From positions 2,702 through 66,701 of the forward strand of contig JABLXH010000018.1 of NCBI GenBank assembly GCA_013178155.1: DNA of 64,000 nt. Reading direction: 5' to 3'. The notes under the pieces are model-generated. The model saw only the letters and a program-made list of their open reading frames with translations. It was not told the DNA's origin and searched no databases. The DNA is from Armatimonadota bacterium. Its GTDB lineage: Bacteria; Armatimonadota; Zipacnadia; Zipacnadales; UBA11051. The stretch's first letter is position 1, and every line of letters begins with the position of its first letter. Below, in pieces: positions 20,373 to 29,815 of the stretch. Made by a program: the position numbers and the translations under genes.

Positions 20373-21356
20373 ATGCCCACGCGCCTGTTTGACGACGATG
20401 AGACTCCCCCTGCGGGAAGCCGGACCATACTGCCGACGGTCCCTCCCCTGTCACTGGATCAGGGCCTCTGCGCCCTGGTTGTCTGCCTGCAGGCCGCCCT
20501 GGCAGCCGCCGGGCAGACCCTTTCCTACGCCCGGCTCATGGGTCTTTTGGGCCCCGCTTTCATGTTTCGCATGGCCCCGGGTTTCCCGGCGACGGCGGCG
20601 GTGGTGGACCGTCAGCGTTACCTGACCAGTGTGCTTTGCGACCTGGGTTGGCAGCCCAGGTTGATAGCCAAACCTGACAAAGCGACGCTGGCCGAGGTCG
20701 TTGCCGCTGAGCTGGGACAGGGACGCCCTCTCCTCGTGCAGGGCTGGCCCCCCCAGCCGCTGGACTGGGCACTCATCTTCGGCCTGGAGGGACAGGAGCT
20801 ACTGGGGAGGTGGCTGGGCAGTGGGCGCGGTCCCCAGCGGGGCGCCTGCGCCGCCGACTTGGTTCTGGCCCTTGGGGCACCCAATGAACCGGTGGAGACC
20901 GCGACCGGCACGGCGGCGGCCCTGGCACGGGCCGTCACCCTCCTGGATGAGAGCCAGAAGGCTTTCCGCGTCTGGGCCGACCTCCTGGCTGCCGCGATGC
21001 CTTACGGGCCGCCGCTAGGACGGCGAGACCGGGTTCTGGCGGAGCAGTGGTTGGTGCAGTGTCTGGCTGACGCCCGTTGGGCCGGACAGGAGTTTCTGCA
21101 GCAATCCGCCGAGTTGTTCCCGGAAGCCATCGCGGAGGGGCTGGATTCCGCTGCGGACTGCTGTGCAGCTCTAGCCGAGCAGGTCGAGATGCTGCTGGTA
21201 CCATCGGATGCCGCCGGGACCGGTCCCTGGTTGGAAGAGGCCGACTGGCTGGGGCACCGTCGCGACATCATTGTGGAGGTCGCGGCGCGAGAGGCAGCCC
21301 TGGCCGACTTGCTCCGGCGGGCTCTTGACGGCGCAGGTGCCGAATACGTAGAGTGA
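20373..21356 (+). CDS. Hypothetical protein (possible BtrH-N/papain-like fold)
   Basis: SYARLMGLLGPAF and ELGQGRPLLVQG...WALIFG pattern; start uncertain. Confidence 0.45.
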   Translation: MPTRLFDDDETPPAGSRTILPTVPPLSLDQGLCALVVCLQAALAAAGQTLSYARLMGLLGPAFMFRMAPGFPATAAVVDRQRYLTSVLCDLGWQPRLIAKPDKATLAEVVAAELGQGRPLLVQGWPPQPLDWALIFGLEGQELLGRWLGSGRGPQRGACAADLVLALGAPNEPVETATGTAAALARAVTLLDESQKAFRVWADLLAAAMPYGPPLGRRDRVLAEQWLVQCLADARWAGQEFLQQSAELFPEAIAEGLDSAADCCAALAEQVEMLLVPSDAAGTGPWLEEADWLGHRRDIIVEVAAREAALADLLRRALDGAGAEYVE

Positions 21357-21406
21357 AGCGTGAACCGAGACAAGCGCGGCGATCAGAGCTGCGCGAGGAG
21401 CACATC

Positions 21407-22204
21407 ATGCTGCGAGCGGCCGCAATCGGGCTGATGACACTGCTCACAGCCTCAGCCTGCCTCACCGATGAGTTCAGGGACTATCCCGAGTTCCGCTATA
21501 TGTCGGGTCTGCCCGGGGGTGGCTTCGGCGTGACGCCGGACCATGCCGTCGGTTTTGACGGGGCCCTGCAACTCAATATCCCGGTGGGCTATACGCCCGG
21601 CGCGGGCAGTTACCTCCTCGGCGGCTACAGCAGCGCCGTAGACGGCGGGTTTCCCACCGATTACGACGGGGCCGATGTCAATGGCATGGCGGTCTTCGGT
21701 CTGGGTGGCACTTGGCGCGGACATGGCTTGTGGTTGGCGGACATGGAGACCGGTGAGGAGTTGGAGTCGGCGTACAACCTGCAGGTGGAGCTGGTGCCGG
21801 CCAGGCCGGGGCGCCCCGGCGTCTCGATAGGTGTGGTGGACCTGTTCGGCCGGCGCACCTCCGACCTGGAGCACCCCGAATACACCGATAGCCGCTCCTT
21901 CTTTGTGGCGGCCACCTGGGCCGCCGGTGACGAGCGTCATCCGCTGTGGGTGACCATGGGCGCCGGCAACGGGCGCTTCAACGACCGCCTCTTCGGTGGC
22001 ATCAGCTACCAGGCCACCGACCGCCTGAAGCTGATGGCGGAGTACGATGGCTGGAACGTCAACGCTGGTGCCGCTTACGACATTTCGGGCGGCTGGGGCG
22101 ATGGGGAATGGCATACTGTGGCCGTGGGCGGCCTGACCGACCTGGACCGCATCACCATCGGCCTCACCGTCACCCGTACCAGTCCGGACGACTGGCCCTG
22201 GTAA
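21407..22204 (+). CDS. Secreted/outer-membrane beta-barrel-like protein (YjbH-like), paralog 1
   Basis: Signal peptide; GNGRFNDRLFGG, LMAEYDGWNVNAG; GAGGAG RBS. Confidence 0.6.
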   Translation: MLRAAAIGLMTLLTASACLTDEFRDYPEFRYMSGLPGGGFGVTPDHAVGFDGALQLNIPVGYTPGAGSYLLGGYSSAVDGGFPTDYDGADVNGMAVFGLGGTWRGHGLWLADMETGEELESAYNLQVELVPARPGRPGVSIGVVDLFGRRTSDLEHPEYTDSRSFFVAATWAAGDERHPLWVTMGAGNGRFNDRLFGGISYQATDRLKLMAEYDGWNVNAGAAYDISGGWGDGEWHTVAVGGLTDLDRITIGLTVTRTSPDDWPW

Positions 22205-22238
22205 GCAGCTCAGACCGCAGCAAAGAGAGGGCACGGCG

Positions 22239-23018
22239 ATGCACACCAGACTTGTTGCGCTTACGCTGGGGCTCGGGTTGGCCGTCGCCGTTAGTGCCGA
22301 GGAGTTCGAGGACTATCCCCAGTTCCGGTACATGTCGGGTCTTCCCGGTGGCGGGTACGCAGTCGATCCCGACGGCTATGTCGGTTTCGACGGCGCCCTG
22401 CAGTTGAACATACCGGTGGCCTACACTCCGTCATCAGGCAACTACCTCGGCACCTATCACTCCTCGGCCGTCAATGGCGGTGTCGAGATCAGCTTCGGCG
22501 GCGACGACGCCAACGGGACGGGGACCATTGCCGCCGGCTTCGGCCCCGAAGGCAACGGGCTGTACCTCGCGGCCATGCTCACCGGGAAAGGAAACGGAGG
22601 CGAAGCCGCGTACAATATGCAGTACCAGATCCTCGCTGAAACGGACAACCGGCCGGGCTTGGCTATCGGTGTGGTGGACATCCTCAACATGCGCCCGGAG
22701 AAGCGGTCCGAGATCTTCGCGGGCGGTGGGCGATCGTTTTACATCGCCGCCACGCGCAGCTATCCCGATGCCAGGTACCCCAGTTACTGGACCGTGGGAT
22801 TCGGCGACGGAAGGTTCAATGACCGTCCGTTTGCGGGGGTGTGTGTGGATGTCAATCCGCGTCTCAAGCTGGCCGCGGAATATGATGGCTGGAACATCAA
22901 CGCCGGGGCCGCGTGGGATGCGTGGCGTCATGACCAGTGGCACGCGGTCGTCCTCGCCGGCCTCACCGACCTGGATCGCTGGACGGTGGGCGCCACCATC
23001 ACCCGCTGCCCTGACTAG
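22239..23018 (+). CDS. Secreted/outer-membrane beta-barrel-like protein (YjbH-like), paralog 2
   Basis: Shares EFxDYPxFRYMSGLPGGG, GFDGALQLNIPV and AEYDGWNxNAG with the upstream gene. Confidence 0.6.
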   Translation: MHTRLVALTLGLGLAVAVSAEEFEDYPQFRYMSGLPGGGYAVDPDGYVGFDGALQLNIPVAYTPSSGNYLGTYHSSAVNGGVEISFGGDDANGTGTIAAGFGPEGNGLYLAAMLTGKGNGGEAAYNMQYQILAETDNRPGLAIGVVDILNMRPEKRSEIFAGGGRSFYIAATRSYPDARYPSYWTVGFGDGRFNDRPFAGVCVDVNPRLKLAAEYDGWNINAGAAWDAWRHDQWHAVVLAGLTDLDRWTVGATITRCPD

Positions 23019-23056
23019 GCAGCCTACCGCTCGACCCCCTGCCGGAGGAGCCTGCC

Positions 23057-24013
23057 ATGGCGGCACGAATCGTTGTGCTGGGCAACATCAACCAAGACTT
23101 CGTGATGCGGGCTGAGCGGATGCCGCGGCCCGGGGAGACCATCCTGGGCGACGACCTGCGATTCGTGGCGGGGGGCAAGGGCGCCAACCAGTCTGTGACC
23201 GCCGCCCGTCTGGGCGCTCAGGTGGCCCTGATCGGGTGTGTGGGTCGCGATGCCTTCGGCCCGACCCTGCTGGACAACCTGCGGCGCGAGGGCGTGGACA
23301 CCCAACACGTGGGCCTGGACGACGACATCGCCACCGGCGCTGCCTTCATCGCCCTGGCGCCAGATGGCCAGAACAGCATCCTGTCAGTAGGTGGCGCGAA
23401 CATGGCGGTGACGCCGCAGCACGTGGAGGCGGCAGCGCCCGCGATCGCTCAGGCGGATATGTGCCTGGTGCAGTTCGCCGTGCCCATCGAGAGCGTGGAA
23501 CGGTTCATTGCCCTGGCACGTGAGCACGATGTGCCCGTTCTGCTGGACCCGACCCCGGCCATGGACAGACTGCCCGTGAACTGGCACCAGGCCAGCATCC
23601 TCACGCCCAACGAGACCGAGACCGAATATGTGATCGGTTATGTGTGCCCCGACCGTGCCACAGCCGTGCAGGCTGCGCGGGAGATACACTCCCGGGGGGT
23701 CAACATCGCCGTGGTAAAGCAGGGCCCCGACGGCTGCATCGTCTGTGACGCCGACGGCTGCCGATTGGTCGGAGGGTACCGCGTAGACGTGGTGGATACC
23801 ACCGGCGCGGGCGACGCCTTCGCCGCCGGTCTCGGCGTGGCCCTGGCGGAGGGCCTGCCCGTCAACCAGGCTCTGGCCTTCGCCAACGCCTGCGGCGCCC
23901 TGGCCTGCACCCGTTTCGGTGCCCAGACCAGCCTGCCCCACCGGAGCGAAGTCGAGGCCTTATTGGCGGACCGCGGCGGCCTCGCAGGCGCCACGGTGAC
24001 CGCCCTGACTTGA
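23057..24013 (+). CDS. rbsK: Ribokinase (PfkB family)
   Basis: GGKGANQ, LTPNETE, VDTTGAGDAF signatures. Confidence 0.88.
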   Translation: MAARIVVLGNINQDFVMRAERMPRPGETILGDDLRFVAGGKGANQSVTAARLGAQVALIGCVGRDAFGPTLLDNLRREGVDTQHVGLDDDIATGAAFIALAPDGQNSILSVGGANMAVTPQHVEAAAPAIAQADMCLVQFAVPIESVERFIALAREHDVPVLLDPTPAMDRLPVNWHQASILTPNETETEYVIGYVCPDRATAVQAAREIHSRGVNIAVVKQGPDGCIVCDADGCRLVGGYRVDVVDTTGAGDAFAAGLGVALAEGLPVNQALAFANACGALACTRFGAQTSLPHRSEVEALLADRGGLAGATVTALT

Positions 24014-24024
24014 GGGCACCCTTG

Positions 24025-25932
24025 CTAGTTGACTAGCTCGGCAGCCTTGAGCTGCCTCATGGTCTCCGGCACCGGGCTGCCGACTGTCGGCAGGATCAGC
24101 AGCAGGCTTTCATGGTACATGGTCACCGGTGCCTTGCGGAGCCGGAAAAGCTGCCCGATGAGCGGGATCTGCCCCAGGAACGGGACCACGTTCGGCGACC
24201 GGGGCTGGGTGGTCTGGATCTCCAGGCTGGACAGCTCCAGGGGGACCAGGGACTCCGCGTAGCGCACCGTGCTGACCTCGTGCTTCCCGACCCGTGCCTG
24301 CGGCCACGACGTTGCCTGCGCCGGGACGGCTGTCCCCGGGTCGTTGTGTGTGACAGTCAGCTTGATGTTGACCTCGGCCGTTCTCCCGTTGAGCATCACC
24401 GTCGGCGTAAGCGTGACCTGCGCTCCGTCGTTGAGGGCCTCCCAAGTCTGGGCCTCCTGGCTGGCCGCCATGGCCAACCCCAGGCTGCCCATGGCCACAC
24501 TGGTGGGTGAGCCGCCCAGGAGCGCGCCGAGCCTGGCAGCCAAGGCATCGGCGGTGCCGGGGCTCGTGGCGGTCCCTGCCGCCGTGCTGTCGAGTTTGCC
24601 CAGCTTCGTGGACTCGACGTAACTCACCGCCGCCCCGGTCAGCGTGATAGCACAGCCGGAGAGACCGGTCACGGTAGTATGCGTCACGCAGCCGAGCCCT
24701 GACGTGCGCCGCGGCCCGACGCCTGCCTCAAGTGCCTTCATCGCCGGGTCGACGACCTCGGCTCTGAGCCTGCCCGTTGCGGCGGCACTGATCTCGTTCA
24801 GGGACCGCTGTGCCCTGTTCTGTGTCTCTCTCCAGGTGTCGAGGTCTGCACCACCGAGCAGTCCAGGACCCCGCGCGGCGTCGGCTCGGTAGGCCTCGAG
24901 GGCGCCGGCCCAGTCACTGGTCCGCTGCCCGGTCAGTTGCTCGAGGGTGGCGGCCCCTGTCGTGCTGGGGTTGGCCAACAACGCAGCCGCCAGAGGCGTG
25001 ACACCCAGTTCCCTGTACTCATCAGCCCGGTCTGCCTTCTGTAGGGCCTCCGCAAGCTTCTTGGCGAGGTCCGAGCGCACCGTCCGCTGCCATTCGTCAC
25101 ACGCGAGTTGGATACGCTTGATATCCTTCCTGACCTCCTCAACACGCCTCGCGACGTCCTTGCGGTCGCGGCCGCTGACCTGGACGGCCCAGATGTCGAA
25201 GGTCACCTGAGGCAGCGGCCGGTCGATCTCCGCCACCATGCGCCTGAGCTGGTACACCTGATGGACGGGGCCAGAGAGCATGAGGAAGGGGACCGTGTCG
25301 TCGGCAGTCGCCGCGCCGACCTTGACCTCAGGCGCTAATGCCGGCGCCAGGGAGTTGAGCATGGCGCCTACGGCCGCCGGCTTGCGGACGTAGTAGAGCT
25401 GGACTCGCTCGCAGACAGGCACTGAGGGGTCGCGGATATAGCCGCTCTGCAGCAGCATCGCCTCGGCACTCGCCACCGCTGAGACCGGCCCGCGGACCAG
25501 GAAGTGGGTCCCCTGGTGGTCCCAATCGGGGACCTGGTTGCTCAGAAGAACCCTTTCGGTGGCTTCCCACAGGCTCTCGCTGGTCAGCTCGTATATGCGT
25601 GTCTCATTGAGTTGAGCAAGTTTCTGCACGATCTCAACGATGCGCTCGTAGTCCTGCCTGCGGGAATAGACGCCCAGCATCTCCCGCCCCAGAAGGAAAG
25701 CCTTGCCGTTCTCAGTGCTGGTCTGCGGTGTCAGAATGGCCTTCGCCGCATTCTCCACCTCCGTCGCCCTCTGCGCGCCAATGCCCGCTGGCAGTGGCAC
25801 CCAGCGCAGAGCGAATGACTCTTGTGTGTTCCCAAGACGCGGCATCACAAGCGCCACGACCGACATAGCCGCTGTCAGCCCCAGCAGTCTGTGCCCCGGA
25901 GTGACGACCCATCGCTGCCTCCGCATAGCCAT
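24025..25932 (-). CDS. Divergent secretin (type II/III secretion or type IV pilus outer-membrane channel family)
   Basis: N-domain repeat ending IDRPLPQV; C-terminal VPFLGQIPLIGQLF secretin motif; signal-peptide-like N-terminus; GGAGG RBS. Confidence 0.65.
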   Translation of the reverse strand: MAMRRQRWVVTPGHRLLGLTAAMSVVALVMPRLGNTQESFALRWVPLPAGIGAQRATEVENAAKAILTPQTSTENGKAFLLGREMLGVYSRRQDYERIVEIVQKLAQLNETRIYELTSESLWEATERVLLSNQVPDWDHQGTHFLVRGPVSAVASAEAMLLQSGYIRDPSVPVCERVQLYYVRKPAAVGAMLNSLAPALAPEVKVGAATADDTVPFLMLSGPVHQVYQLRRMVAEIDRPLPQVTFDIWAVQVSGRDRKDVARRVEEVRKDIKRIQLACDEWQRTVRSDLAKKLAEALQKADRADEYRELGVTPLAAALLANPSTTGAATLEQLTGQRTSDWAGALEAYRADAARGPGLLGGADLDTWRETQNRAQRSLNEISAAATGRLRAEVVDPAMKALEAGVGPRRTSGLGCVTHTTVTGLSGCAITLTGAAVSYVESTKLGKLDSTAAGTATSPGTADALAARLGALLGGSPTSVAMGSLGLAMAASQEAQTWEALNDGAQVTLTPTVMLNGRTAEVNIKLTVTHNDPGTAVPAQATSWPQARVGKHEVSTVRYAESLVPLELSSLEIQTTQPRSPNVVPFLGQIPLIGQLFRLRKAPVTMYHESLLLILPTVGSPVPETMRQLKAAELVN

Positions 25933-26151
25933 CGCCTCCTGCCATGTTCCCGCTGAGGACCCGCGTCTCACCACGGGTGAGTCCCCGCCCTGAGACCGAC
26001 TTCGGACTGAGCTGCCCACTCTCCTACCGCGATTTTGGGAGTGTGCATCGCGCGGCACCCCGGCGAGACATCGCGCGGATCGCAGGCAGGCCTGCTGTGG
26101 GCGACTGTCGAAAGGGGCGCACAGCATGCATGCAGAGAGGGGATATGACAG

Positions 26152-26949
26152 ATGCGCCTGGCCTTCATCGCCAACAACGACCTGCCGGGACTTGAGGCGG
26201 ACGCCAGATTCGCGGCCCAGCACGGCTTCGCGGGACTGGAGTTCAACTACTGGGGAGACTTTGCACAGCTTGAGCGCGAGACCGTGGTAGAGATGAGGCG
26301 GGTGCTAGACCGACACGGCGTCGGCTGCTGCATGCTGGGGCTGTGGGGCTGGAACCATCTCGCCCCTGACCCGCAGGAGCGAGCGACGGCCCATGCCATG
26401 CTGCAGCGTGCCATCGAGTATGCCGGCTTGCTCGGTGCGGAAGTGCTGACCACCGGCGGCGGCGTAGCAGTGCCAGGAAACCTGCAGGCGAATGTGGATG
26501 AATTCCTTGGGGTCTTCCCGCCGTTCCTGGACGCGGCCCACGCCGCAGGACTTGCCACGGCCTTCTATGCCGTCCATGGGAACAGCTTCTTTGACACCCT
26601 GGATGCCTACGAGGCAGTCTGGGAGCATCGGCCCGAGGTTACCATCAAGTACGATCCCGCCAACTGGCAACACGCTGGCGAGGACTATCTGGCGGTCGTG
26701 CGGCGCCACGGCGACAAGGTCGGGCACGTCCACATCAAGGAGCATCTCTACCACGCTGGCGACCTGGCCTCCCAGCCGGCCGCCGGCATGGGTGACATCG
26801 AGTGGGGGAAGGTCATGGCCTTCCTGTACGAGCACGCTTACTCCGGCTATCTGTCCTTCGAGCCCCACGGGCCGCTCTGGTCAAGACCGCCGCTGCGCGA
26901 GAAGATGCTGCTGCTGAGCCGTAAGCACCTGGACCAGTTCCTCCTGTAA
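26152..26949 (+). CDS. Sugar phosphate isomerase/epimerase (xylose-isomerase-like TIM barrel)
   Basis: GFAGLE, YDPANW, HVHIKE, GMGDIEW, YSGYLSFEPH. Confidence 0.85.
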   Translation: MRLAFIANNDLPGLEADARFAAQHGFAGLEFNYWGDFAQLERETVVEMRRVLDRHGVGCCMLGLWGWNHLAPDPQERATAHAMLQRAIEYAGLLGAEVLTTGGGVAVPGNLQANVDEFLGVFPPFLDAAHAAGLATAFYAVHGNSFFDTLDAYEAVWEHRPEVTIKYDPANWQHAGEDYLAVVRRHGDKVGHVHIKEHLYHAGDLASQPAAGMGDIEWGKVMAFLYEHAYSGYLSFEPHGPLWSRPPLREKMLLLSRKHLDQFLL

Positions 26950-26956
26950 GAGCAAT

Positions 26957-27058
26957 GGGCGGGGCGTCCTGCGCGCCGCCCCGCCCGGCTCTTCCCGCAT
27001 CATCCCGGCAAATCGATAGGGCCCCGCCAGGCAACCACTCGGAGACTGGCGGGGCCCT
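26957..27058. terminator. Two stem-loops between convergent genes (bidirectional terminator candidate)
   Basis: GGGCGGGGCG/CGCCCCGCCC (26957-26986) and AGGGCCCCGCCAG/CTGGCGGGGCCCT (27018-27058). Confidence 0.55.
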
Positions 27059-27083
27059 GCGCTCTTACAGTCGGCGTGAGACG

Positions 27084-27530
27084 TTAGCGGCGGTCGCGGT
27101 ACCGCTCATACCTGTCGCGAGCGCGGCCTCGGTCTCGGTCGCGGTCATTGTCCCGGTCTCTGCGCTGCTCCCGGCGGTCATCTTCCCAGCCGCCATAGCC
27201 ATAGTGATGGCGCTGTGCGTAGTACGGGGGACCGTAGTAGCGGCCGTAGGGCTGGGGCACGCTATACCAGCCTTCAACATACCGCCGGCCGTCCCAGTAC
27301 CAGCCATAGACCCCGCGTCGCTCCCAGTCGCTCCACAGGTAAGGGTCGTGGCTGAAGCCGCGGTAGTAATAGTACCCAATGTCGGGATTGCCGTAGTAGC
27401 TTGGGCCGTACAAGTACCGCTGCAGACCACCACCGCCAAAGCGGAAGTAGAAGGTCTGGGCATAGACAGCCGTCGCAAGCAACGTGATCACAACGGACAG
27501 CGCTAACACCAGCAGTACGGTCCTGTACAT
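27084..27530 (-). CDS. Small secreted Tyr/Gly/Trp-rich protein with Arg-Asp tail
   Basis: Signal peptide ending AVYA; YYG/YWDG-rich core; (DR)n C-terminus. Confidence 0.65.
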   Translation of the reverse strand: MYRTVLLVLALSVVITLLATAVYAQTFYFRFGGGGLQRYLYGPSYYGNPDIGYYYYRGFSHDPYLWSDWERRGVYGWYWDGRRYVEGWYSVPQPYGRYYGPPYYAQRHHYGYGGWEDDRREQRRDRDNDRDRDRGRARDRYERYRDRR

Positions 27531-27698
27531 GGAACTCACCTCACGCCCCCCATTATCCTGACCTTAGATTATACCCGCTCATCTCGCCCGGCAAACTGCG
27601 CGGCCTGAAGGGCACCCGGAAACGACGCCCCGCGGACAAGAGTCTCCTCACCCGCGGGGCGTGCAGAACGACGAACTCCACTGATCGCCGACGGCGGC

Positions 27699-28934
27699 CT
27701 ACTTGGCCCGCTGGTATTTCTCCAGCTTGGGTTCCACCATGTGCCTCTGGAAGACGGGGTAGGCGGGGATGTCCATGGGCACCTGCGGCGGTGTCTTGCC
27801 CAGCAGGGGAGCCACATACCGGATGAACTCCTCGGTGACGCCATTCTGGTCAGCGTTGATCCATTCGGCGGGCACCAGTTTGGTTTGGTCGGCGACGCTC
27901 ATCAGCGATGTCGTGCCAATCTCCCACTCGTAAGGATCGTCACTGTTGCGGACGATAGTGGTCATGATGTCAGTCTCGCCGGCCAGGGCCTTTTCGACGG
28001 CGGCATAGCCCGCGGCATAGGCCTGTTCGTTGTCCACGTCCGACATGCAGTAAGCAAAGCAACGCTGCAGATTGCCCAGCTTGTCAGTCCGGACGCGGGT
28101 GCCAATGGCCTCTTCCACCATCTTGCCCAGCGCCTCAGCCACGCCACCCAGTCGCGCATGCCCAAACTCGTCCACCTTGTCGGAAGTGGTCGCGAGTTGG
28201 CTCTCCGCGAAGGTGAAGCCCTCCGAAACAGCCACAACCAGATAGCCGTACTGCTTGTAACAGGCTTCGCAGTCGGCCAGGAACTTGTCGGGATCCACCT
28301 TGACCTCGGGCAGGTAGACAAGATGTGGCGCCATCCAGTCCTCTTTGCGGCCAACCGCCGTGGCGCCGGTCAGCCAGCCGGCATGGCGGCCCATGACCTC
28401 CACGATCTCCGCCTGTCCAAAGGCCATGGCGTCGCGCGCGGCGAATTGCACCGCCGCTGCCGCATACCGGGCCGCGCTGGCAAAGCCGGGGCAGTTGTCG
28501 GTGACTACGAGGTCGTTATCAATCGTCTTGGGGATGCCTACCACCCGCATGTCCCAGTCGGACTGCTTGGCCAGCTCCGAGATCTGATGACAGGTCAACT
28601 GGGAATCGTTGCCCCCATTGTAGAAGAAGTACCGGATGTTGTGCGCCTTGAAAACCTCCATGCACCGCGCGACGTCCGCCTCGGTGACCTTGATGCGGCA
28701 GGTCCCGAGGGCGGCCGAGGGCGTGTAGCGCATGGCCTTGAGGACTTCATCGTCTTCGCGGAAGAGGTCGAACATCTTCTCGTTCATCACGCCGGAAACG
28801 CCGTTGGCGGCTCCGAAGAATTGATCCACGAGTTCCGACTTCTCCGCGGCCTGGACCGCGCCCACGAGGCTGGCGTTGATGACGATACTCGGCCCGCCGG
28901 ACTGACCGATGCAGGCATTGCCTTTGAGTGACAT
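27699..28934 (-). CDS. pfp: 6-phosphofructokinase, probably pyrophosphate-dependent
   Basis: QSGGP, GGNDS, PKTIDND, EVMGRHAGW; Asp in GGND and Lys in PKTIDND are the established PPi-specificity residues. Confidence 0.88.
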   Translation of the reverse strand: MSLKGNACIGQSGGPSIVINASLVGAVQAAEKSELVDQFFGAANGVSGVMNEKMFDLFREDDEVLKAMRYTPSAALGTCRIKVTEADVARCMEVFKAHNIRYFFYNGGNDSQLTCHQISELAKQSDWDMRVVGIPKTIDNDLVVTDNCPGFASAARYAAAAVQFAARDAMAFGQAEIVEVMGRHAGWLTGATAVGRKEDWMAPHLVYLPEVKVDPDKFLADCEACYKQYGYLVVAVSEGFTFAESQLATTSDKVDEFGHARLGGVAEALGKMVEEAIGTRVRTDKLGNLQRCFAYCMSDVDNEQAYAAGYAAVEKALAGETDIMTTIVRNSDDPYEWEIGTTSLMSVADQTKLVPAEWINADQNGVTEEFIRYVAPLLGKTPPQVPMDIPAYPVFQRHMVEPKLEKYQRAK

Positions 28935-29066
28935 AGCAGGTTACCTCCCTGTAGTAAGACACATGGGTAAGGGTGTGGGGGAGCCGGCGGAGGTGGTCCC
29001 GAGACCAGACCGGGACACAAGCCGACGCCTTCGGCTCGCTCTGTGGGAACTGATAGGGCAAAGGTT

Positions 29067-29095
29067 ATGTTATTATACGGACCGGGCACCGTCAA
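29067..29095 (-). promoter_or_regulatory. Sigma70-like promoter for the PFK gene
   Basis: TTGACG (29095-29090), 17-nt spacer, TAACAT (29072-29067); an overlapping TATAAT is also present. Confidence 0.55.
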
Positions 29096-29206
29096 GGCGG
29101 TTGTCCGGCCGCCGTTGGAGGGGAAAGCGGAACACGCTCCGCCGCTGACCCACGCCCACACACCATGAGTTCCCCGCAGGCACTGATCAGTTCCTGACCG
29201 TAGGGG

Positions 29207-29815
29207 GTGGTGCCATCCATGACCGCGCAGAGAGCCCACCGCAGCAGCGGTTGGCGCGCCTCCCGATACTTCATGTCCGCGCTGGGTTTCGCCCTCTTGG
29301 CTGTGCCCACCTGGTGGCTTTGGAGTGCTGTCCGCCTGGCGGAAGTGCCCTCTGAGTCGATGGAGCCTACCCTGCTACCCGGCGATGTGCTCGCCGTACG
29401 GATCGATGCCTACCGTAAAGAACCACCGGCCCGGGGTGACATCATCATCCTGCGTGATCCCAAGTCCGACGGGTGGATGGTGAAGAGGGTGGTGGGGGAG
29501 CCCGGCGAGGAACTGGTCGTCGCCAGCGGCCATGTGGTGACACCCTACGGCTGGCTCGAGGAACCCTACATCCGCGAACCGAAGGTGCGGGAGCGCGCCT
29601 TTGTAGTTCGCCTCGCCACCGACGAAGTGTTTGTCATGGGCGACAACCGGGACCGTTCCGACGACAGCCGGGACTTCGGCCCGGTGAAGCTCAACCGAGT
29701 GGTCGGACGCGTCGCCGGCATCATCTGGCCCTGGTCACGCCGTACCACCATCCCCCGGTTCGTAGACATCATCCCCGACAAGACGCCCGCGACCAACCGC
29801 GCCCCGGGTCGTTAG
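29207..29815 (+). CDS. lepB: Signal peptidase I
   Basis: SESMEPTL (Ser), VKRVVG (Lys), FVMGDNRDRSDDSRDFG. Confidence 0.92.
   Translation: MVPSMTAQRAHRSSGWRASRYFMSALGFALLAVPTWWLWSAVRLAEVPSESMEPTLLPGDVLAVRIDAYRKEPPARGDIIILRDPKSDGWMVKRVVGEPGEELVVASGHVVTPYGWLEEPYIREPKVRERAFVVRLATDEVFVMGDNRDRSDDSRDFGPVKLNRVVGRVAGIIWPWSRRTTIPRFVDIIPDKTPATNRAPGR

Noticed and set aside
29055-29083. dif-like site (GGTCCGTATAA on minus strand, TTATGTTA on plus strand)
   Set aside because: The XerC-like and XerD-like arms are on opposite strands and adjacent rather than 11-6-11 on one strand; better explained as the PFK promoter.
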